Positions 24,085-33,332 of a DNA stretch of 36,945 nt are shown one piece after another (the stretch's first letter is position 1; every line of letters begins with the position of its first letter). Where the stretch lies: the NCBI GenBank assembly GCA_002269645.1, contig NIVC01001707.1, positions 1-36,945 on the forward strand, given 5' to 3'. The stretch is from Macrostomum lignano (lineage: Eukaryota). The notes beneath the pieces are model-generated. The model worked only from the letters and a program-made list of their open reading frames with translations, did not search any database and was not told the origin of the DNA. Made by a program: the position numbers and the translations under genes.

Positions 24085-25207
24085 CATACAGAGCCAGCCT
24101 AGCGTTCCTTTGAGCCAGCAGCTAGATTCTCTAACGCCGTTAGAATTTTCTATGTGAAAATTTGGTGTGCCCAAGCTTATCATGCGGGAAGCTTTTCACA
24201 TAGAAAATTCTAACGGCGTTAGAAAATTTCTACCCCCCTCTATTTAACCATACAGAGCCAGCCTAGCGTTCCTTTGAGCCAGCAGCTAGATTCTCTAACG
24301 CCGTTAGAATTTTCTATGTGAAAATTTGGTGTGCCCAAGCTTATCATGCGGGAAGCTTTTCACATAGAAAATTCTAACGGCGTTAGAAAATTTCTACCCC
24401 CCTCTATTTAACCATACAGAGCCAGCCTAGCGTTCCTTTGAGCCAGCAGCTAGATTCTCTAACGCGTTAGAATTTTCTATGTGAAAATTTGGTGTGCCCA
24501 AGCTTATCTTGCGGGAAACTTTTCACATAGAAAATTCTAACGGCGTTAGAAAATTTCTACCCCCCTCTATTTAACCATACAGAGCCAACCTAGCGTTCCT
24601 TTGAGCCAGCAGCTAGATTCTCTAACGCGTTAGAATTTTCTATGTGAAAATTTGGTGTGCCCAAGCTTATCATGCGGGAAGCTTTTCACATAGAAAACTC
24701 TAACGGCGTTAGAAAATTTCTACCCCCCTCTATTTAACCATACAGAGCCAGCCTAGCGTTCCTTTGAGCCAGCAGCTAGATTCTCTAACGCCGTTAGAAT
24801 TTTCTATGTGAAAATTTGGTGTGCCCAAGCTTATCATGCGGGAAGCTTTTCACATAGAAAATTCTAACGGCGTTAGAAAATTTCTACCCCCCTCTATTTA
24901 ACCATACAGAGCCAGCCTAGCGTTCCTTTGAGCCAGCAGCTAGATTCTCTAACGCGTTAGAATTTTCTATGTGAAAATTTGGTGTGCCCAAGCTTATCTT
25001 GCGGGAAACTTTTCACATAGAAAATTCTAACGGCGTTAGAAAATTTCTACCCCCCTCTATTTAACCATACTGAGCCAACCTAGCGTTCCTTTGAGCCAGC
25101 AGCTAGATTCTCTAACGCGTTAGAATTTTCTATGTGAAAATTTGGTGTGCCCAAGCTTATCTTGCGGGAAACTTTTCACATAGAAATTTCTAACAGCGTT
25201 AGAATTT
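24085..25207. repeat. 163/164-bp tandem array (~7 copies), each unit with a 30-bp inverted repeat
   Basis: Units start at 24085, 24249, 24413, 24576, 24739, 24903, 25066; unit 1 arms 24131-24160 and 24193-24222 are exact reverse complements. Confidence 0.96.
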
Positions 25208-25349
25208 AAAACCCACCGACTGAGTTGCACACAGTACTGAGAAAATTGCTACCCTCCTCTACTTAACCAATCGGCTGTCTCCAGTTGTTGAATCTTCTCT
25301 TTGAAATTCTAACGCGTTAGAAAAATTCTAAATGAACTGAATTTAAAAA

Positions 25350-26027
25350 TTACACAACTTTCCACGCAGGATCACTGGCCAAAATTTCTTCTAGAAACTT
25401 CATCTTAGAGTTTAGTTCCCTAATTGGCATTGACACCTGTCTCAAGCCTGGGTAGGTAACAGACAGTTTGTACAGACGAATGTACAAATAGCCAGTTGAT
25501 TCCTGGATGTTTACATTTTTACACAAATGGGCGAACCGCACTTTAACATCTTGTCCAAAGTTCTCGGTGCGATAAGTTTTTAGCAGCCGCCCAACTTCGA
25601 GAATCCAATGTAGACCTCCAATTTGAGTCTTCTTGTATTTTGCTAGAGCCGCCTTCACCCTAGTGATGATGTTCTGCTCGCCAGATGGAAGCTGGTGATC
25701 AACAGCGTCCATCAGCTGATCAGCTAGTGTTACGCGGGATGCGTACAACTTCTCCCTGAATATCTGCAGATCCGCCATCTTCTTCTGCAGAGCCGCCGCC
25801 TTCTTCTCTTCGCTACTCACATTTTGCGCTTCATTCGCTGCGGCGATATCATCAGGGGCCATGGCGAAAAACTCGATTGGTAGGTCGCCAGTTTCTAGAC
25901 CGAAAAAGGTGGTTAGTTCCTCTCTTCTTCTTGCTTGTAGATGTGACGGAATATCCTGTAAAACTCTTTGTAGCATGGCACAAAGGCCTTGCTTATCTGT
26001 CAAATGAAGATTCCACTCGACTTCCAT
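25350..26027 (-). CDS. Hypothetical 225-aa protein; coiled-coil plus possible DUF3102-like helical domain
   Basis: Intact ORF with aaaATG context; segment LEVGRLLKTYR...ESTGYLYIRLYK resembles the DUF3102 pattern by eye only. Confidence 0.75.
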   Translation of the reverse strand: MEVEWNLHLTDKQGLCAMLQRVLQDIPSHLQARRREELTTFFGLETGDLPIEFFAMAPDDIAAANEAQNVSSEEKKAAALQKKMADLQIFREKLYASRVTLADQLMDAVDHQLPSGEQNIITRVKAALAKYKKTQIGGLHWILEVGRLLKTYRTENFGQDVKVRFAHLCKNVNIQESTGYLYIRLYKLSVTYPGLRQVSMPIRELNSKMKFLEEILASDPAWKVV

Positions 26028-26870
26028 TTTCTAAATCTTCTTGTCTTCTAATCTTCTAGTTTGGCGGACAATTTCTTAGATCACTTTCAGCGTGCTTAAG
26101 TTCCTGCAGTCGTCGTTTCTCAGTCGCAGTTGATGGCATATGCGGGGAGAATCAACCCGAGTGTTTCTGCATTTGCTTAAATACAGCTATACAGCTAGAA
26201 AATTCCAGAAAATTCTTAGACTGTACAATCTTGGAGTCAAGCAGGGAAAAAATAATCGATATAGCTCAGTGAACGATAGAACATGAGGCGTGTGAATGTG
26301 AGGGTGCTTTAACTAGCTTCCGAGCGATCGATTCCCTCCACCCGCTTGAAGTCCCCATACATTTCCTTGGTTGATTGGGTTTGTCAAAGCGGAAAGGAAA
26401 GCACGCGTGGAACTTGTACATTCGCAAAATCGATTAGAGGGCTGCGCTCCCTCAGCAAATAGCAGTTACCCCACCCTCCCTTCTGCTTCTACTTTTCAAA
26501 ATGCAGCTGTTGCGCTTGGTTAGGGCTGAGAAGAATAGTTAACCCTTCCCGACTCAAGCGCCTCTCTCTACCCCGCCCCATATCTTCATACCGTAGAGAC
26601 CAACTAGGCGGGCCACATTCCGAGGCCAAATCGGCGGGCCGAGGCCAACTCGGCGGGCCGACTGGCCTCGCAATTTGGCCAATAATCAATATCAATCAAG
26701 GAGGGAATCTCAACATACACAGTCCATGCATGCTAATGGCGGCGAAGCGGTTGACTTTTTATTTTCTGCTCTTAGCTCTCTGGAGAATGAGAATCTCTCT
26801 TGTGCGCAACTCTTTAGGGAATAAAAAACTGTACTTACTCAAATCCACACTTGCTCATGCCCTTCCCGAT

Positions 26871-27371
26871 TCAAGCGCCCCTTTCTACCCCCAGCTCTTT
26901 CAGCAGTCTTCCCAATTTCTTGTTAGGAGCGCACAAAATAAACCCTACTCCCAAGCCTCCGCCCTCTCTTTCCGCACACCCGCCCTCTCTCCCCAAACAC
27001 CCACCCTCGGCGCCGACCCCCAACCCCAATCTTGTCTTACTAAAAATAACAGCTTTAACTAGCTTCCGAGCGATCGACTCACGAAATCCGCTTGAAGCCC
27101 CTATATTGTCTAGTCTCTTAAGCATTTCTTTGTCCCAGCGATTCTTCTCCTCAGGAAAATCTCTATATTTAACATCGTGCCACATGCAGACAGAGTCTAG
27201 CTCATTCACAGGCTCATGCCCAGGATTTGGGTTGTTGTTTCCATCCAGCTGTATTTCAAGAGGATTCAAAGGCCCGCAATATTTATAGCCGGGAAGTGTC
27301 CAGCCTTTGTTTGGATGAGGAAGCTTTTCTATCAGTCCATGTGAATCTATCTTACCACCAGAGCGTTGCAT
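26871..27371 (-). CDS. Parvovirus-type phospholipase A2 (PLA2X-like), 166 aa
   Basis: LPGYKYCGPLN (Ca-binding loop), ELDSVCMWHDVKY (HD dyad), downstream WD; likely start is the ATG at 27371 rather than 27614. Confidence 0.88.
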   Translation of the reverse strand: MQRSGGKIDSHGLIEKLPHPNKGWTLPGYKYCGPLNPLEIQLDGNNNPNPGHEPVNELDSVCMWHDVKYRDFPEEKNRWDKEMLKRLDNIGASSGFRESIARKLVKAVIFSKTRLGLGVGAEGGCLGREGGCAEREGGGLGVGFILCAPNKKLGRLLKELGVERGA

Positions 27372-27401
27372 TATTTTATTTAAAATTTTCTTTTTAAATA
27401 A
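27372..27401. promoter_or_regulatory. 30-bp bidirectional AT-rich intergenic region between divergent PLA2 and integrase
   Basis: TTATTTAAAA (27376-27385) and TTTTAAATAA (27392-27401) form a perfect 10-bp inverted repeat; TATTTAA on each strand 25-29 nt before each ATG. Confidence 0.5.
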
Positions 27402-28430
27402 ATGACAGATCAGAAACTTAAAAAACTCTACTACAGCGACAAAGGATTCTTTGTAGGCAAAAATGCCGTTAGTAAACTCATGGAGCTGAGTAAGGAGCCA
27501 AAAGCTACAGTAGAAAAATGGCTCTCTAAGCAGGCTGTCTTTCAAGTCTATTTCCCACCAGTAAAATTTGAAAGGCCCCATTTCAGTATTTATAAACCTA
27601 ATGAAGCGCACCAAGCAGATCTTTTGTTTCTCCCCAACGACTCAGGCTACAAGTATGCTCTTACAATTATTGACATTGCTTCCAGATATAAGGAAGCTCG
27701 CCCACTCAAGACGAAGAAGTCAGAGGTTGTTGCCAGCGCACTGCAAGATATTTATAAAAACTCTCCGCTCACATACCCCCAAATCTTTATGACCGACCCG
27801 GGTAAGGAATTCATGGGTGTAGTGAAATCCCTTATGGAAAAGAAAAACACAGAGATTCGCTATGGCAGAACAAACTTGCACAGAGACCAGGCTTTTGTGG
27901 AAAGATTCAATCTAACTCTAGCCAAGAGACTATTCACTAAGCAGACAGCGCAAGAACTCAAACTGAGTGCGGGGCAGTACTATACCAAGTGGACAGAAAG
28001 ACTCCCCACTGTTATAGAGCAACTGAACAATGAAGTCACACGCATGACTGGATTGAAACCATCCCATGCAATTAAACAAGACACTGTCGAACTTAAGGCA
28101 TCTCATAGAACAGACAACAACACGACAACCCCACACAACACAAAACACACCTCGAACTACCCTAAGCTTCCAGGAGTTGAATCACCATACATACTGACAA
28201 ACTCTGAGTTTCTACGCTTTTTATATCTACCTGGAGAGCTAGAGAAAGACACCAAAAGAAGAGCTACAGATCCATACTTCAGCCTTGATGTACATAAAAT
28301 AGACAGACATTTTACCTCCGACTCCGGTGACTATTACTTTTTATCTCAAGCCTTTAACCCTAAATCCCCCACACGGTCATTCACTAGAGCTGAACTCCTA
28401 GTGATACCAGCTGACACGGAAATTAATTAA
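27402..28430 (+). CDS. int: Retroviral-like (rve, DDE) integrase of Polinton type, 342 aa
   Basis: HQADLLFL (D), MTDPGKEF (D), FVERFNLTL (E); C-terminal GELE...RRATDPYFS...RAELLVIP; intact ORF. Confidence 0.95.
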   Translation: MTDQKLKKLYYSDKGFFVGKNAVSKLMELSKEPKATVEKWLSKQAVFQVYFPPVKFERPHFSIYKPNEAHQADLLFLPNDSGYKYALTIIDIASRYKEARPLKTKKSEVVASALQDIYKNSPLTYPQIFMTDPGKEFMGVVKSLMEKKNTEIRYGRTNLHRDQAFVERFNLTLAKRLFTKQTAQELKLSAGQYYTKWTERLPTVIEQLNNEVTRMTGLKPSHAIKQDTVELKASHRTDNNTTTPHNTKHTSNYPKLPGVESPYILTNSEFLRFLYLPGELEKDTKRRATDPYFSLDVHKIDRHFTSDSGDYYFLSQAFNPKSPTRSFTRAELLVIPADTEIN

Positions 28431-28446
28431 AATATTAAAATAAAAA

Positions 28447-28902
28447 ATGACAAAGATTGAAACCAGAACCATCAATAAACTCAATAAAATCATTGAATCA
28501 AAGAAACCAGGTCTTATATCAATTAAAGGTATCAAAGTTAAGGTTGATCCCACACAGCAAATAGTTGAGTGTAATGAACAAAGACACAGCATCACAGATG
28601 AAAAGTCAGGAGGAATCCTACCATTAGCAGCTCTTATTCCGATCATTGCAGGCGCTGTAAGTGCCGCAGGTGGTGTAGCTGGAGGTGTAGCAACTGCTGT
28701 TAAAGCTGGGAATGATAGAGCTCACCAGCTAGAATTGCAAAAGATTGCAAGAGACAAAGGTATAACAATTAAGGCAGGAGAGGGCTGCCCGGATTTTGAT
28801 GATTGTGATGATTGTGAGCATAAAAATTCTGTAAGCAAGTCTGACATTGTCAAAGCCATCATGACACTGCACAATGCTGGGTTTACAATAATGCGGATAT
28901 GA
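28447..28902 (+). CDS. Putative virion core/membrane protein with adenovirus pX (mu precursor)-like motif
   Basis: GGILPLAALIPIIAGAVSAAGGVAGGVATAV resembles the adenovirus pX C-terminus GGILPLLIPLIAAAIGAVPGIASVA. Confidence 0.65.
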   Translation: MTKIETRTINKLNKIIESKKPGLISIKGIKVKVDPTQQIVECNEQRHSITDEKSGGILPLAALIPIIAGAVSAAGGVAGGVATAVKAGNDRAHQLELQKIARDKGITIKAGEGCPDFDDCDDCEHKNSVSKSDIVKAIMTLHNAGFTIMRI

Positions 28903-29025
28903 TGAGGTTTAAAACCCCACTTTATCCAGCTTCATAAACCTAACACTACTGATAGGATGTAGAAACAGTTCAACTTTTCTATCAGGGTGGTCACCCTCAA
29001 AATTTTTTTTATATTTTCGAGAAAA

Positions 29026-32000
29026 ATGCCAAAAGCCAATCCAGCAAGAGATTTAGTCAACAAATATTTTTCAAAAGGCGTCTCATTTCAAGACAAAAGT
29101 AATTCACTAAGAGAAGCATGCAAACAAAAGTTCAACACCGACCCTGGTCACCTGGGAAGCTATGAAAAACAGTTGGAAATCATCAATCAATTAGAATCAA
29201 ACCAGTATGCGCCTATAAAAAATTCTGCAAAGGAACACCAAGAGAGGAGTCGCAACTTAGTTAACAAATATGAAACTCTCACTGGTGAAAAAGCAAAGTA
29301 CCCACAAAATAAGCAGGAACAAGAGAAATTAGAGCAATTAATCCATTTAAAAGAGTCGGAGCTTGCCACTGAAGAGATTAATTTTGCACAGACGAAGTTT
29401 ACAGAACATTACATAGAGTACACAATCCCAATAAACGGCACCAACGGTACCACCGCAAACATCTACGACTATAAAGACAGCATCCAATCAGTTGTTGATC
29501 ACACACTCAAAACACGCAAGACTTTAAACTACAGATATCATTCAAGATTGCGTTTTATATGCCTGCAAAACCCACTGAGCATCTCGAGTATTACATGACA
29601 ACAAAGGCAAAGCCATTCACCCCAACAGACACACTGGATCCTTTCCTTCAAGATGTCAATAAGAAAATTGAAGCGTTTACATCCAGAGGTTCCGGATGGG
29701 TCGTGGGAGGGATTCAAAGAGCGACTGTCATGGTCATGAAATATGACCCACTTAAAGCCTCCTCTTATATAGAGCTCCCGCATAAGCTAGCCGGTAAAAA
29801 AGCTTGCATAAATGTTAAAAATAAAGACAATTGCTGTGCTCTATGGGCAGTTCTTTCTGCACTTTTTAGTGTACCTCACCACCCCGAAAGAACCTCAAAT
29901 TATCAAAATTATTTCAACTACTATCTCATCGAATGCGAAAAGAAGGGAATCAGGTTTGACAAAGGAGGCTTGGCGATCTCTCAGATCCCAAAGCTAGAAG
30001 AAGTGTTTAATAACAAAATTAGAATCACAGTCTTTGAGTGGAGTGAAAAAACTGAGAAAGTTCAACCGGTCAGATGTAGCAAAGACGTTTTAGATCCGAG
30101 GGGAAAAGGCGGACTGAAGTGGATCTTCTAGTGATTGGTAATTTACTAGAGGAGGCTCACTATGTTTGGATTAAAGATCTTTCAAGACTCATTCACAAGC
30201 AGTTGAATAATCATCACGAGGCTGTTGCCATCTGCCGCTTGTGCCTTAAGCATTACAGTGGACCTGAACGCTTTGAAAAGCTAACAGAGCATGAATTATC
30301 ATGCGAGGATCACCCGACAAACTGCTCTCTTCCTTCAGCTGAAGAGAAGTATCTCCGGTTTAAGAACTATCACAAGATGGAGAAGCTCCCATTTGTTGTA
30401 TATGCTGATTTCGAATGCTCAATCGTGCCAGAAACTCAAAAACAACTCCAACTCAAAAACAAACTCCAACTCAAAAACAAACTCAAACTCAAAAACATAT
30501 CCCCAATTCAGTAGCATATGCCTTTATTAATACAAAAGGACTTGTTGAGTATAATTATTTCTTTGGAGAGCAGTGTGTGGAGCAGTTTATTGCCAGAATG
30601 TTAGAGTTGCAAAAAGTGATTAGCACCCTTCAACCTGTTCCAATAATGATGACTGAGGAGGATGAAAGCAATTTCCTATCAGCAACTCATTGCCACATCT
30701 GCAGGAAACATTTAACTTGCACTAATATTAAAAACCCCACCGTTAGGGACCACTGCCACTATACTGGGAAATTTAGAGGTGCAGCGCATAACACCTGTAA
30801 TCTAAAGCTAAAATCGAACATTCATGATCTAACGATATTTTGTCACAACGCAAAGAACTATGACATGCATTTAATAGTTGAAAAAATCGGCATGATTCCA
30901 GACATACACCTTGATTGCATCGCAGAGAACAAGGAGAAGTTTAAGTGTGTTGATATTAAACAGGATAATTCGGGTACAGGTAAAATAAGACTGAAGGATT
31001 CATATCAATTTCTAGCTGCCAGTCTAGACGAACTAAGCAAGAATCTAAAAGATGAACAATGTACATATACAAAGATGTTTGCAAGTAAAATTAACAACAG
31101 TGATGAATCATTTAAACTTTTAAGAAAGAAAGGCTTCTACCCCTATGAAAATATTACTGGGTATCACGTATTTGAAGAAGGTTTACCACCACAGGAGAAG
31201 TTCTTTTCAAAGCTAACAGACTCTGGAATCTCTGACAAAGACTATGAGCACGCGAAGCATGTCTATAATTACTTTAATTGTCAAAACTTCTTCCAGTATC
31301 ACCTGCTTTACCTCTACACAGATGTGTTTCTGCTGGCTGATGTGTTTGAAACCTTCAGATACACCTGGTACACAGCATATGGCCTCGATCCAGCACATTA
31401 TGTGTCTCTGCCTGCCACTAGCTGGGAATCTTTGCTTAAAATGAAATGGGATCAAGATCCAGATTGGTACATTGAACTTCTTACAGACATTGACATGTAC
31501 AATTTTGTCGAATCGTCAAAGCGAGGGGGATCTCAATTTGCACAGTATGCAAAAGCAAACAATCCCTACATTGAATCTTACAATAAGGAGCAGCCCTCAA
31601 ACTACATTACTTACTTGGACGCTAATAATCTCTACGGGTGGGCGATGAGTCAAGATCTTCCAGTTAGAGATTTTCGATGGCTACCCTCATCAGAATTCAA
31701 ATGGGACTTTTCATTGGCTGCCATTTATGAGGTTGATGTTTACATTCCACCAGAGCTTCACGACTATTTCTCTGACTTTCCACCCTTCCCAGAGAACATC
31801 AAGTGCCCGAAAATAATCGAAACTCCCAATGATAATAATGGAACTTGGCACCTGTCAGGAACAGAAAAAGAACATACAGAGAAACTAACACAGAATCTAA
31901 ACAACAAGACACGTTACAAAATCCATTACAAACTGCTTCAGTATTTTATCTCACTTGGTTGCAGGGTCACCAAAGTTCACAGGGCTCTTACATTTACAGA

Positions 32001-32892
32001 GGAAGCGTGGATGAAACCCTACATTGATAAGAACACCCAGTTTAGGACCAAAGCAACCAACGACTTTGACAAGAACCTCTTTAAGTTGGCCAACAACTCT
32101 GTCTATGGCAAGACTCTTGAGAATGAGCGGAAAAGAACAAACCTGAAACTTGTTACCTCATCAGAGCCTGCTGTTATTCAGGCAAATATGTCAAAGCCAA
32201 CATTCAAAGAACTCCATATCTTTAATAGCTACTTAGGTGTGATCATATTTTACAAAACCAAGGTGACGCTGCGCAAGCCGATCTATACAGGTGTCACTGT
32301 TCTCGACGAATCAAAACGTCTGATGTACCAGTTCTTCTATGGCATGAAGCAGCAGTACAAGGATAAAATGAAACTCTTGTACACTGACACAGACAGTTTT
32401 ATTATGGACATTCAAACAGAAGACATTTATCAGGACATGCTGCAGCAAAAAGATTTGTTTGACTTGTCTGAGTATGATGAATCTTTGCAGGACACAGAAT
32501 GGCGATCAAGTGTTTGACGCCACTAACAAGAAAGTGATTGGGAAAATGAAGGACGAGATTGCTGGTGACATAATCACTGAATTCATTGGGTTGAGAGCAA
32601 AGTCCTATTTTGTAAAATGTGAGTCGTCAGACCCAATAAAAAATCAAAGGGAATTCCGAAACGTGTGGTTAGGAAGGAAATTAATGAAGCTGAATACAGA
32701 GACGCCTTGAATTGCAACAAAAAGACATCACATGAGTTCTCAAAGCTACAATCGAAAAACCATATTATTCACACAATTCAGCAAAAGAAGATTGGACTGT
32801 CAGGTGCAGATAACAAGAGATTCATTTTTGATGACAACATTAACAGTCTACCGTTCGGGCACTGGAGATTAGGTTTAGGAGGTGGAGGTTAG
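29026..32892 (+). CDS. polB: Protein-primed family B DNA polymerase with endonuclease VII-like insert; five frameshifts as assembled (~1290 aa if repaired)
   Basis: ExoI YADFEC, ExoII HNAKNYD, ExoIII TDVFLLADVFE, motif A YLDANNLYG, motif B KLANNSVYGK, motif C YTDTDS, KVIGKMKDE; CHIC...RDHCHYTGKFRGAAHNTCN insert; spans supplied ORFs 28987, 29559, 30119, 30415, 32459, 32665. Confidence 0.95.
30434..30498 (+). repeat. 18-bp coding repeat (ACTCAAAAACAAACTCCA)n in polB; first copy lacks one A
   Basis: Units at 30434 (17 bp), 30451, 30469, 30487 (partial); encodes TQKQTP. Confidence 0.85.
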
Positions 32893-32931
32893 GTTTAGGT
32901 TTAAGAGAAAGTTTAATAAACCTCATAAAAA

Positions 32932-33332
32932 ATGACGACAAATAACTTTCTTGAAGATTTGGCTAACGAACTGCAAATCCCAAACTTTAGAGGAATATTT
33001 ATGAGGGACACTCTGCCTGATTTTCCTCTAAGAAAGAATGCGGCATCATGAACTTTGACACTACCGATAAGCCAGGATCTCATTGGGTTTGCTGGGTGAT
33101 TGATCCCGATCGCAAGCACAAGTGTTATTACTTCGATAGCTATGGGACGGCAGTACCAGAAGAGCTAAGAAATTATATGAAGGGAAAAAATAATAAAAAA
33201 ATTTATCGCTCAGACTTTATTCTCCAAGGTCTTAGCAGTGATATTTGCGGTGAGCTGTGCATGACTGTTTTGTATGCAATGACCAAAACACGAAAGACCT
33301 ACAAGGAAATTCTTCGTACCTGTGTTTCATAG
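32932..33332 (+). CDS. pro: Adenain-like (C5) cysteine protease; one frameshift (133 aa if repaired)
   Basis: N-terminal FRGIFMRDTLP, then GSHWV (H), YFDSYG (D), Q...SDICG (Q/C); one added A at 33033-33035 joins the frames. Confidence 0.9.

Noticed and set aside
24085-25207. CRISPR-like interpretation of the 164-bp array
   Set aside because: Loop or 'spacer' sequences are essentially identical between units, there are no cas genes and the context is eukaryotic
26056-26139. 27-aa upstream ORF (MPSTATEKRRLQEL...) as a frameshifted N-terminus of the 225-aa protein
   Set aside because: An in-frame stop directly before the ATG at 26027 means several corrections would be needed; left unassigned
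27397-27404. Poxvirus late-promoter TAAATG at the integrase start
   Set aside because: Present at only two starts in AT-rich context and the element encodes no RNA polymerase in this window
27372-27614. N-terminal extension of the PLA2 ORF to 27614
   Set aside because: It is antisense to the integrase 5' end; the ATG at 27371 has the element's typical A-rich context
32868-32903. TTAGG-like words at the polB 3' end
   Set aside because: Too short and interrupted; overlaps the LGLGGGG-stop codons
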